From Haloferax volcanii DS2 (GTDB taxonomy: Archaea > Halobacteriota > Halobacteria > Halobacteriales > Haloferacaceae), in contig NC_013967.1 in assembly GCF_000025685.1 (NCBI RefSeq), positions 270,001 to 302,000 on the forward strand: a DNA stretch of 32,000 nucleotides. The letters run 5' to 3'. This document shows, piece after piece, positions 18,859 through 26,738 of the stretch; positions within the stretch are counted from its first letter, which is position 1; each line of letters starts with the position of its first letter. A program made the position numbers and the translations under genes. The notes under the pieces are model-generated. The model saw only the letters and a list, made by a program, of their open reading frames with translations. It had not been told where the DNA came from and did no database searches.

Positions 18859-19566
18859 ATGGCCGAAGACGTCAAGCCGACCCGCAAGAACTTGATGGCG
18901 ATCGAAGATCGCATCGAACTCTCCGAGCGGGGCCACGACACGCTCGAACAGAAGCGTGACGGGCTCATCATGGAGTTCATGGACATCCTCGACCAGGCCC
19001 AAGACGTGCGGGCCAACCTCAATCAGGACTACGAGCGCGCGCAGAACAAAATCAACATGGCCCGCGCCATGGAGGGCGACGTGGCGGTCCGCGGCGCGGC
19101 CTCCGCGCTGAAGGAGTACCCCGAAATCACGACGCAGTCGAAGAACATCATGGGCGTCGTCGTCCCGCAGATCGAGTCCTCGCGCGTCAAAAAGAGCCTC
19201 GACCAGCGCGGCTACGGACTCCTCGGCTCCTCGGCCCGCATCGACGAGGCCGCGGACGCCTACGAGGAACTCCTCGAATCCATCATCCTCGCGGCGGAAG
19301 TCGAAACGGCCATGAAGAAGATGCTCGAGGAAATCGAGACGACGAAGCGCCGCGTCAACGCGCTCGAATTCAAACTGCTCCCGGAGCTGTACGAGAACCA
19401 GGAGTACATCGAGCAGAAGCTCGAAGAACAGGAGCGCGAGGAGATTTTCCGCCTGAAGAAAATCAAGGCGAAGAAGGAAGAAGAAGAAAAAGAAGAACGC
19501 GCCGCGGAGAAGGCGGCGGCCGAAGCCGACGCGGACGCAGACGCGGAAGCGGCGACCGCAGACTGA
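18859..19566 (+). CDS. atpD: A-type ATP synthase subunit D (central stalk)
   Basis: [40 protein letters not shown] is the typical V/A-ATPase D N-terminus. The C-terminal tail is Lys/Glu-rich. Confidence 0.93.
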   Translation: MAEDVKPTRKNLMAIEDRIELSERGHDTLEQKRDGLIMEFMDILDQAQDVRANLNQDYERAQNKINMARAMEGDVAVRGAASALKEYPEITTQSKNIMGVVVPQIESSRVKKSLDQRGYGLLGSSARIDEAADAYEELLESIILAAEVETAMKKMLEEIETTKRRVNALEFKLLPELYENQEYIEQKLEEQEREEIFRLKKIKAKKEEEEKEERAAEKAAAEADADADAEAATAD

Positions 19567-19598
19567 CGGGGCCGCCTGTCTTCTCTCGACTCCTCTCT

Positions 19599-19621
19599 CG
19601 GTCGGGTCTCCGACCGTTTTT
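19599..19621 (+). terminator. Intrinsic-terminator-like hairpin plus T5 after atpD
   Basis: CGGTCGG-gtct-CCGACCG, a perfect 7-bp stem, immediately followed by TTTTT (19617-19621). Confidence 0.55.
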
Positions 19622-19647
19622 CATCCTATCGGCGCGTAGAGCGTCTC

Positions 19648-20031
19648 ATGTCTTGTCCCGACTGCGACGGCGACCTCGCCGTCTTCGCGGTGCCGGAACC
19701 GCTCGAATCCCACGCGCCCGAGGCGGCGCTGACCGTCGGGTTGTGCGCCGACTGTCTCCGACTGCACTCGACCGAGGCACCGCCGAGCGACGGTGCGTCG
19801 CGGCCGCTCGCGGGCGCGCTTCCCGACGGCGACGCGGGCGCGGCGGTCGCGCTCCTCGTCGGTATGCTCGACTCGCTCGCGCTCAACCGCGCCGGTATCG
19901 TCGACTGCGTCGAGTTCGCCGAGCGGTCCGGGACCGACGTGCACCTCACGCTCGACCGGCTCCAGCAGACGGCGACGGCCCCCCACTTCGACGTCGCTCG
20001 CCGGCAGCGCCAGTTGGACGCGTTTCTCTGA
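19648..20031 (+). CDS. Conserved-looking acidic protein with an N-terminal CxxC...CxxC zinc-ribbon-like motif, function unknown
   Basis: MSCPDCDGDL...GLCADCLRLH. GC3-rich codons and acidic composition. ATG verified at 19648, with a T-rich element about 26 nt upstream. Confidence 0.6.
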   Translation: MSCPDCDGDLAVFAVPEPLESHAPEAALTVGLCADCLRLHSTEAPPSDGASRPLAGALPDGDAGAAVALLVGMLDSLALNRAGIVDCVEFAERSGTDVHLTLDRLQQTATAPHFDVARRQRQLDAFL

Positions 20032-20088
20032 GTGCCGTCGCTCCGTGCCGTCGAACGCGTGGCGTGAAGACGCCGAGGAGGAGGTCGC

Positions 20089-21333
20089 TTAGACGCCGGT
20101 GGAGTACCGGAGGATGCCGGCGATGCCACCGAACGCGTCGTAGAGCTGTTCGCCTTTCTCGAAGTCGGTGCTGATAAACTTCGTCTCGGTGCCGCGCTGG
20201 TCTGCGAGGTCCATGAGCCACTCGATGACGTCCTCGCGGTCTTTCAGTTCGGCCTCCGAGCCGTCGTCGCACTCGTGGGTGGGCGTGTCGTGACGGTGGT
20301 CGACGAGCTCGTACTCCTCTTGGCCGCCACAGTCGTAGACGGCGATGTCCTTTCGGAGGTCCTCGGAGATGAGGAGGCGGTCGACTGACCCCATCACGAG
20401 GTTCTTGCGGGTCGCCTCGAACCCGTAGGTGGACTCGTTGCCGCGGTGGAGCTTCTCGAAGAACTCCTCCATCTGCTTTTTGTCCTTGATGACCTCTTGG
20501 TCGGCCAGCGCGTCCTGCCCGGCGTCGACGAGGTCGTAGAGGCCGGACTCGTCGGTGTAGGCCACGTCGAACTTCCCGACGACGAGGTCTTGCAGTTCGT
20601 GGTGGAGGTAGTCGCCGTCGAGGAACTCGTCTTTCGTCGGCGAAGGGCCGCCCACGAGGATGCCGTCCATGTCGTGGCGCTTGGGGACGAACAGGTCGTT
20701 GGCCATGCCGGCGACCTCCTGGTAGAAGTTGTCGATGGCTTCGAGGCGGAGGCGGGCGAAACGCTGGGCGGACTGACCTCCCTTTCGCTGCTTGCCGGGG
20801 ACGAGCGACGAGGCGCTCTTGACCGGCTCGACGCGCTTGCCCTTGAGCCAGCCGACGTTGGCCTCGCGGCGGTCGAGGACGATGAGGCCGAACAGGCCCT
20901 TGTCCATGAGCATGTCTTCGAGCGGCCCGGTGAGGAAGTTCGAGTCGCAGTGGTACCGGAACGACTGAATCGGCTCCGGCGGGCTTTCGAGTACCTTGGT
21001 GACCATCGTCGTCTGGCCGCCGCCGGCGTCGACCGCGCCGGAGAACATCACGATGCCGTTGTCCGGCGGGAAGTTCCCGTAGTACCGGAGTCGGTCCTTG
21101 ATGCTCGTCAGGGCGTCTTGGACGTTCGTTCGCGTCTGCTTCGATTTGATGTTAGACGCTTCGCTGTGCTCCGTGATGACGTGTTCGACCACGTCGGAAA
21201 TCTGCTTGTCTTCGGGGATGTAGATGGTGACGAGCTGCGTTCCCGACCCTTCGTACTCTCGTAGGTCCTCGATGACCTTCTTGAATTCGTACTTTCGGCG
21301 GTCCTCGCTCGCCTCCTCGGCGTCGCTACTCAT
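20089..21333 (-). CDS. prf1: Peptide chain release factor aRF1
   Basis: NIKS motif (EASNIKSKQTR) and GGQ motif (RKGGQSAQRFARLR). The ORF-track start at 21336 is GTG; the adjacent ATG at 21333 is preferred. Confidence 0.95.
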   Translation of the reverse strand: MSSDAEEASEDRRKYEFKKVIEDLREYEGSGTQLVTIYIPEDKQISDVVEHVITEHSEASNIKSKQTRTNVQDALTSIKDRLRYYGNFPPDNGIVMFSGAVDAGGGQTTMVTKVLESPPEPIQSFRYHCDSNFLTGPLEDMLMDKGLFGLIVLDRREANVGWLKGKRVEPVKSASSLVPGKQRKGGQSAQRFARLRLEAIDNFYQEVAGMANDLFVPKRHDMDGILVGGPSPTKDEFLDGDYLHHELQDLVVGKFDVAYTDESGLYDLVDAGQDALADQEVIKDKKQMEEFFEKLHRGNESTYGFEATRKNLVMGSVDRLLISEDLRKDIAVYDCGGQEEYELVDHRHDTPTHECDDGSEAELKDREDVIEWLMDLADQRGTETKFISTDFEKGEQLYDAFGGIAGILRYSTGV

Positions 21334-21448
21334 CACTCCACCTAGTCCCTCCAGCGGCTAAGTAACCTTTGACTGGGCACGTGCCGCGGTATCTCGACGC
21401 ACGAGCGGCCGTCCGAACCGACGTGCGGAGACGAGCGCGGTCGGAGAA

Positions 21449-21456
21449 CATTTATG
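21449..21456 (+). promoter_or_regulatory. TATA-like box (CATTTATG) for the MinD-like gene
   Basis: Centred about 37 nt upstream of ATG 21490. The ORF-track ATG at 21454 lies inside this element. Confidence 0.4.
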
Positions 21457-21489
21457 TTGCTGTCACGGGTGGACTTCGACGTTGGAATT

Positions 21490-23214
21490 ATGGCCCGGGT
21501 GTACGCAGTTGCCAGCGCGAAAGGCGGGGTTGGAAAGACGACGAGCACGGCCAACCTCGGGACGACGCTCGCGATGGCCGGTCACGACGTCGTCGTCGTC
21601 GACGGTGACCTCGGGATGCCGAACCTCGCCGGCGCGCTCGGCGTCGACCCCGACGGGGCGACGCTCCACGACGTGTTGACGGGCGAGGCGGCGGTCGAGA
21701 CCGCCGTCTACGACGGACCGGCGGGACTCTCGGTGCTCCCCGGCTCGAACGCGCTCGAAGCGTTCGCGACGGCGAACGCCAAGGAGCTCGAACCGGTCAT
21801 CTCGACGCTCGAAGCGAGCTACGACATCGTCATCATCGACACCGGTGCGGGGCTGAGCGACGACACGTTCGTCCCGCTGAAGCTCGCCGACGAGGTCATC
21901 CTGGTCTCCACGACGGAGCGCGAGGCGCTCGGTGACACGGAAAAGACCCGACAGCTCGCAGACCGCATCGGTGCCGACGTGGTCGGCGTCGTCCTCACGC
22001 GCGTCGACCAGTCGAAGCCGAACGCCGACGTGGTCGCTTCGCTCCTCGATACCGGCGTCATCGCCGTCGTCCCCGAGTCCCCGGCCATCCGCGAAGCGCT
22101 CAGCACGCGGGACCCGGTCGTCGTCCACTCGCCCGACAGCATCGCGACCGCGGGGTATCGCGCGCTCGCCGAGGCGCTCACCGGAACGCCGGTCCCGGTT
22201 CCGGGTCTGGACGACGAGACGGACGAAGCGGACGCGACTCCCGAACCGGCGGACGCCGCCGACCCGGAGCCCAACCCCGAACCTGCCCCCGACTCGGACT
22301 TCGTCGAGGACAGCGGTGACGGGGTCGACGACGGAGCCGGTCCGGCGGCGACCCCGGACCTCGATTCGGGTTCGGACTCCGTGGCCGACCCCGACGCCGC
22401 CGCAGTCGCGGACGAAGACCGGGCCACGGCGGACCCCGAACTCGAATCGGAGGCCGAACCGAACGTCGAAGCCGAACCCGAGGGAGAATCGACTGTCGAG
22501 ACCGAACCGGAGGCGGAACCGAACGCCGAGACCGAACCGGAGCCAGCAGTCGATTCGGACACCGACGACGACCTCGCGGCGTTGATTCCGTTTTCCGCCA
22601 GCACCGCCGAGGAGCCGGACGACCCCGCGGAACCCGACCCTACCGATGGCGCGGACGCGTCCGAGTCCGCCGCAGACCCCGCCGTGGACTCCGCGGTCGA
22701 CCCCGGCGACGACGCGCCGGCCGACCCGTTGGCCGCCGACGCGTCCGACGACCCGGTACTCGCGGACTCCGACCCGGTCGGCGACGAGGAGACCGACACC
22801 GACCCGCTGGCGGCTGACCTCGACGCGGTCACCCGCGGGACGCCGGCTGCTGACGAGGAGACGGTCGCCGTGGCCGACGACGAAGTCGTGTCGGACGTCG
22901 ACGCCGACACCGACTCGGCGGACGCGGACCCGCTCGCGGAAGACACGGCCGCAGACGAGTCGCGCTCGGCGTCCTCGGCGTCGGTCGAGGGGGCGGACGC
23001 GCCCGGCGCGGACGAACCACTCGTCGCGGAGGCCGAACCGGATGCGGCCGAGGCCGAATCGGACGCCACTGAGGCCGACCCGGACGCCGACGACTCACCC
23101 GAAGACGACGAGGAGGGCGTCTACACCACCTCGCTCGTCGAGGAGGTCGAGTCGTTCGACGACGACGAGCGCGATGAGAAGAAAAAGGGGTTCCTCAGTC
23201 GCTTCCTCGGCTAA
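21490..23214 (+). CDS. minD4: MinD/ParA-family ATPase with a long polyacidic C-terminal extension and a terminal amphipathic helix (MinD4-like)
   Basis: Deviant Walker A is ASAKGGVGKTTS and Walker B is DIVIIDTGAG. The ATPase core ends near nt 22185, followed by about 340 aa of D/E/P/A-rich low complexity. The protein ends with KKKGFLSRFLG (23179-23211). Confidence 0.85.
   Translation: MARVYAVASAKGGVGKTTSTANLGTTLAMAGHDVVVVDGDLGMPNLAGALGVDPDGATLHDVLTGEAAVETAVYDGPAGLSVLPGSNALEAFATANAKELEPVISTLEASYDIVIIDTGAGLSDDTFVPLKLADEVILVSTTEREALGDTEKTRQLADRIGADVVGVVLTRVDQSKPNADVVASLLDTGVIAVVPESPAIREALSTRDPVVVHSPDSIATAGYRALAEALTGTPVPVPGLDDETDEADATPEPADAADPEPNPEPAPDSDFVEDSGDGVDDGAGPAATPDLDSGSDSVADPDAAAVADEDRATADPELESEAEPNVEAEPEGESTVETEPEAEPNAETEPEPAVDSDTDDDLAALIPFSASTAEEPDDPAEPDPTDGADASESAADPAVDSAVDPGDDAPADPLAADASDDPVLADSDPVGDEETDTDPLAADLDAVTRGTPAADEETVAVADDEVVSDVDADTDSADADPLAEDTAADESRSASSASVEGADAPGADEPLVAEAEPDAAEAESDATEADPDADDSPEDDEEGVYTTSLVEEVESFDDDERDEKKKGFLSRFLG
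22450..22542 (+). repeat. Imperfect 60-nt-period repeat inside the MinD tail (EAEPNVEAEPE / EAEPNAETEPE)
   Basis: The 33-nt cores at 22450-22482 and 22510-22542 are 28/33 identical. Confidence 0.55.
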
Positions 23215-23253
23215 ACGGGAAGGTCTTTTACTCGCGTCTGCGGAATGCCCTCT

Positions 23254-23391
23254 ATGGCAGAATCCGAGTCCGTTCCCTTCTGGTGGATAGTCCTGTTTCT
23301 CGTTCTCGCGCTCGGCAGCGGAGCCGCCGTCGTCTTCTCGGTCGGCGGGTCGCTCATCTCCGGGGCCGTCGCGCTCCCGCTTTTCTTCTGA
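23254..23391 (+). CDS. Candidate 45-aa hydrophobic micro-protein, below the ORF-track size cutoff
   Basis: Manual translation: MAESESVPFWWIVLFLVLALGSGAAVVFSVGGSLISGAVALPLFF, then TGA at 23389-23391. Third codon positions are almost all G/C. CTTTTACT lies about 26 nt upstream. An in-frame alternative ATG is at 23245. Confidence 0.45.
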   Translation: MAESESVPFWWIVLFLVLALGSGAAVVFSVGGSLISGAVALPLFF

Positions 23392-23399
23392 ACCGCTCG

Positions 23400-23404
23400 A
23401 AAAA
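23400..23404 (-). terminator. T5 run (minus strand) 33 nt downstream of the argS stop
   Basis: Plus-strand cgAAAAAcg reads cgTTTTTcg on the argS strand. Confidence 0.3.
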
Positions 23405-23436
23405 CGCCGTCACCGAGACACCCGATTCGCCCGCGG

Positions 23437-25200
23437 TCACATCGACTCGGGCGCTTCCACGCCCACGATAGCGAGCGCGTTCGCCACCGCGTTCCGCGAG
23501 GCCTCCACGAGCGCGAGTCGGGCCGCGCCGACCTCCTCGTCGGCGTCGAGCACGGGACACTCGCGGTAGAAGGTGTTGAACACCTCTGCGAGTTCGCGGG
23601 CGAACGTCGCCACGGTGTGGGGTTCGAGGTCGTCGGCCGCGGTTTCGACGACCGCGGGGAACCGCGCGATGGTCGCCAGCAGGTCGCGCTCGGCGTCGGT
23701 CGTCAGCACGGCGGGGTCGGCCTCGCTCGCGTCGAGACCGGCGGTGGCCGCCTCGTCTGCGATGCCGCAACAGCGCGCGTGGACGTACTGGATGTACGGC
23801 GCGGACTGGGCCTCGAAGTTGAGCGCCTGGTCCCACTCGAAGGTGATGGTCTTCGTGGGCTGTTTGGAGACGATGTCGTAGCGGACCGCGCCGATGCCGA
23901 CCTGCCGGGCGATGCGGTCGATGTCGGCCTCGTCGAGGTCGTCGTCGCGGGTGCGGCCTTCGAGGCGGGTCTCGACCTCGTCGCGGGCGCGGTCGATAGC
24001 CTCGTCGAGGAGGTCGTCGAGCATGACGCCCGTCCCCTTGCGGGTGGACATCGTCTCGCCGCCGGGGAGGTTGACCCACGAGTAGATGACGTTCTCCAGT
24101 TTGTCCACGTCGTTGCCGAGGATGTCGAGCGCGGCGCGGAGCTGGCCGGACTGGAGCTTGTGGTCCTCGCCGAGGACGGTCACGGCGCGGTCGTAGTTGT
24201 CGAACTTCCACTCGTGGTGGGCGAGGTCGCGCGTCGTGTACAGCGAGGTGTCGTCCGACCGGAGGAACACGAGGTTCTTCTCGAAGCCGTAGTCGTCGAG
24301 TTCGAGCTGCCACGCGTCCTCCTCGTAGACGGCGTGGTCGGTCTCCTTGAGGCGCTCCGCGAGGTCGCGGGTGCTCCCGTCGAACATGAACCGCGTCTCC
24401 TTGACGAACTCGTCGAACTCCGCGGGGAGGCGTTCGAGGCACTCGCGCATGCCGCCGAGCACCTGGTCGACCACGGTCTCGACGCGGGCGTACGTCTCCT
24501 CGTCGCCCTCCTCGATGCCCTGGAGGATTTCGGTGATTTCGGCTTCGGCCCGTTCGACCTCCTCGGGGTCGGCCTCTTCGAGGAAGGCGTTGCCCTTGCG
24601 GTAGTAGCGGACGAGGTCGTACTCGACGCGCTCGCGGGCGGGTTCGCTTTCGAGGTCGTCCTCGTCGAACGTCTCGTAGGCCCACGTGAAGACGGCCATC
24701 TGGCGGCCGGCGTCGTTCACGTAGTAGTGGCGGTCGACGTCGTTGCCGGCGAAGTCGAGCAGGTTGGCGACGGCGTCGCCGATGACCGGGTTGCGGGTGC
24801 GGCCGACGTGGACCGGTCCGGTCGGGTTCGCGCTCGTGTGCTCGACGACGACGCTGTCGCCGGTCGCGGGCAGGCGACCGTACGCCTCGTCGCTCGCGGC
24901 GGCGTCGAGAGTGTCGTCGTAGTAGGCGTCGGAGACGTGGAAGTTGACGTACGGCCCCTGCGTGTCGACCGCGGCGAGGTAGTCGTAGCCCTCGACGGAG
25001 AGTTCCTCGGCGATGTCGGCGGCGATTTTCGGCGGCGGCGCGCCGACGACCCCGGCGAGTCGGAAGGCGACGCTGGAGGCGAGCGTCGCGGGTACGTCCT
25101 CCGGCGGCTCCTCGACCCCGAGGTCGTCGGTGGGCAGGTCGAGCGACGAAAGCGCCGCAGAGAGCGCCGTCTCGACCTCCTCACGGAACTGTCTGAACAT
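23437..25200 (-). CDS. argS: Arginine--tRNA ligase
   Basis: Class I HIGH-equivalent [15 protein letters not shown], plus a C-terminal anticodon-binding (DALR-type) region. ATG verified at 25200, with CTTTAG about 26 nt upstream. Confidence 0.93.
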   Translation of the reverse strand: MFRQFREEVETALSAALSSLDLPTDDLGVEEPPEDVPATLASSVAFRLAGVVGAPPPKIAADIAEELSVEGYDYLAAVDTQGPYVNFHVSDAYYDDTLDAAASDEAYGRLPATGDSVVVEHTSANPTGPVHVGRTRNPVIGDAVANLLDFAGNDVDRHYYVNDAGRQMAVFTWAYETFDEDDLESEPARERVEYDLVRYYRKGNAFLEEADPEEVERAEAEITEILQGIEEGDEETYARVETVVDQVLGGMRECLERLPAEFDEFVKETRFMFDGSTRDLAERLKETDHAVYEEDAWQLELDDYGFEKNLVFLRSDDTSLYTTRDLAHHEWKFDNYDRAVTVLGEDHKLQSGQLRAALDILGNDVDKLENVIYSWVNLPGGETMSTRKGTGVMLDDLLDEAIDRARDEVETRLEGRTRDDDLDEADIDRIARQVGIGAVRYDIVSKQPTKTITFEWDQALNFEAQSAPYIQYVHARCCGIADEAATAGLDASEADPAVLTTDAERDLLATIARFPAVVETAADDLEPHTVATFARELAEVFNTFYRECPVLDADEEVGAARLALVEASRNAVANALAIVGVEAPESM

Positions 25201-25324
25201 GTACGCGGATTCTCGATAGGCGGCTAAAGGCCTTTCCGAACCGTCCGGGCGACCGCGCCCCGCGCCGACCGGGGACGTTCGTTCCCCTCGGTTTTCGGGG
25301 TGGTCTTAGCGCCACCCGCGTGGA

Positions 25325-25342
25325 TACCTTACTAGTAAGGTA
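25325..25342. promoter_or_regulatory. 18-bp perfect palindrome TACCTTACTAGTAAGGTA, a candidate operator
   Basis: Checked base by base as self-complementary. It sits in the most AT-rich island of the argS/zinc-finger spacer, 5 nt upstream of a TATA-like box. Confidence 0.5.
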
Positions 25343-25347
25343 GTAGT

Positions 25348-25355
25348 GGTATATC
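25348..25355 (+). promoter_or_regulatory. TATA-like box (GGTATATC)
   Basis: About 60 nt upstream of the ATG at 25413. The quasi-symmetric sequence could also fire on the minus strand. Confidence 0.35.
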
Positions 25356-25412
25356 GCCCGGGGACGACGTTCAAACCACGGGGCGGCGACCCGCCGCTCT
25401 CACCACCCACCC

Positions 25413-25565
25413 ATGAGTCAATGCAACCACTGCGATGCGTTCGTGTCGAACAACTTCGTCCGCGTCTTCGGTGACGAGGACGGCAACGTCTACGCGTGTC
25501 CCAGTTGCTCGGCGAACGCGGGTATCTCACAGGTCAGCTCCGAGCGGCGGGCGTCGTCGCTCTGA
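25413..25565 (+). CDS. Small zinc-finger protein (50 aa, CxxC-N21-CxxC), below the ORF-track size cutoff
   Basis: Manual translation: MSQCNHCDAFVSNNFVRVFGDEDGNVYACPSCSANAGISQVSSERRASSL, then TGA at 25563-25565. It resembles the small CPxCG-type zinc-finger proteins common in haloarchaea. GC3-rich. Confidence 0.55.
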   Translation: MSQCNHCDAFVSNNFVRVFGDEDGNVYACPSCSANAGISQVSSERRASSL

Positions 25566-25589
25566 GGACGCCGTTCGGTCGTCGACCCG

Positions 25590-25620
25590 ACGGATTCGGA
25601 CGAATTCACGGATTCGGACG
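25590..25620. repeat. Perfect 13-nt direct repeat ACGGATTCGGACG x2 (period 18)
   Basis: Copies at 25590-25602 and 25608-25620. Related GATTCGG / GATTCC / GATTGG variants occur near 25740, 25805 and 25912. Confidence 0.6.
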
Positions 25621-25905
25621 CGCGGAACCGCACCCGCGGTATCACTCCCTCGCTTCCCCACAGCGCCCCGTGTCGTACCCCACCGTTCCACGCGCCCCGG
25701 ACCCGTTCGACGTCGCCCCAACTCGGCCCGACGTGCCCCGATTCGGTCCCGGTCCATCGCCCCCGGCCGCGGACCGCTACCCCGGCCGTGAGCCGCGCTC
25801 CACCGATTCCAACGGCTGACGCCCACTCGTCGAATCACGCGGTGCGGCCGCGCTTCCCCGGACCCATTCCTTCTCACCGCGGTAGACTGACCGACGGACT
25901 TACCC

Positions 25906-25920
25906 GTTCCCGATTGGAAC
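25906..25920. promoter_or_regulatory. Perfect inverted repeat GTTCC-CGATT-GGAAC upstream of ribK
   Basis: 5-5-5 inverted repeat about 80 nt upstream of the ribK ATG. Further GTTCC/GGAAC pentamers at 25624, 25685, 25939 and 25971, the last lying between the TATA box and the start codon. Confidence 0.45.
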
Positions 25921-25963
25921 TGTCGCGTATCTACGGCGGTTCCACCCCGCCCGCCAACTTTCT

Positions 25964-25970
25964 CATTTTT
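25964..25970 (+). promoter_or_regulatory. TATA-like box (CATTTTT) for ribK-ribB
   Basis: Centred about 31 nt upstream of ATG 25998. Confidence 0.4.
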
Positions 25971-25997
25971 GGAACGCATTCCACTTACGATACGCTT

Positions 25998-26738
25998 ATG
26001 GGGCGCGCGTTCGAAGCCGGGAGTATGTCAGAATCGGCAGTCGCCGCGGCGGTCGGGTACGACGAGTTGGCCACGCTCAAGCTCGTCGCGCTCGACGGCG
26101 GGCGCTCCGGCCCGGTCAAGCTCTCCTGTTCCGGCGTCGCGAATCGACTCGACGTGTCGAACCAGACGGCCTCTCGCCGGCTTCAACGCCTCGAAGAGGC
26201 CGACTTCATCGACCGCGAGGTCGTCTCCGACGGCCAGTGGATAACCATCACCGACGCGGGCGAGTCCGCGCTCAGACAGGAGTACGCCGACTACCGACGC
26301 ATCTTCGAGACGCCCTCCGTGGTCGTCCTCGAGGGCCAAGTCACCGGCGGAATGGGCGAGGGTCGCCACTACATCTCGCTTTCGGGCTACATGAAGCAGT
26401 TCAAAGACCGACTCGGCTACGAGCCGTTCCCCGGCACGCTGAACGTCCGCCTCGACGACGACGCGGTCCGCGCCCGCGCCGGGATGACCGCCCTCGACGC
26501 GGTTCCCATCGACGGCTGGGAGGACGACGAGCGCACCTTCGGCCCGGCGACGTGCTACGCCGCCTCCGTCACGGTCGGCGGCGACTCCTACGAGCCGGTC
26601 CACATCATCGTCCCCGAGCGGACCCACCACGACGAGTCGCAACTGGAGATAATCGCGCCCGACAAGCTCCGCGACGAACTCGACCTCGACGACGGCGACG
26701 CGGTCACGGTCCGCGTCGAGGAGGCGGAGTACGAATGA
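25998..26738 (+). CDS. ribK: CTP-dependent riboflavin kinase fused to an N-terminal wHTH (RbkR-like bifunctional regulator/kinase)
   Basis: The kinase half has [34 protein letters not shown] (archaeal RibK PGTLN signature). The N-terminal half has [33 protein letters not shown] (wHTH). Start at ATG 25998 or 26025. The ORF-track start at 25788 was rejected. Confidence 0.85.
   Translation: MGRAFEAGSMSESAVAAAVGYDELATLKLVALDGGRSGPVKLSCSGVANRLDVSNQTASRRLQRLEEADFIDREVVSDGQWITITDAGESALRQEYADYRRIFETPSVVVLEGQVTGGMGEGRHYISLSGYMKQFKDRLGYEPFPGTLNVRLDDDAVRARAGMTALDAVPIDGWEDDERTFGPATCYAASVTVGGDSYEPVHIIVPERTHHDESQLEIIAPDKLRDELDLDDGDAVTVRVEEAEYE

Noticed and set aside
21819-23069. 416-aa Ser/Ala-rich ORF antisense to the MinD tail, and the +1/+2 frame Arg/Pro/Thr-rich ORFs at 21932..22585 and 22646..23290.
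   Set aside because: They are mirror images of the GAC/GAG/GCC-rich acidic tail codons. They have no start context or TATA, and the sense frame is contiguous with a bona fide ATPase domain.
25496-25819. 107-aa Pro-rich ORF, plus the overlapping 25435..25791, 25527..25979(-) and 25306..25530(-) ORFs in the zinc-finger/ribK spacer.
   Set aside because: They are basic, Pro/Arg-rich and have lower GC3 than neighbouring genes. They have no TATA-to-ATG geometry. The internal near-repeat differs by a 1-nt indel, which would shift the frame. I treat the region as non-coding or a possible pseudogene remnant (see the finding).
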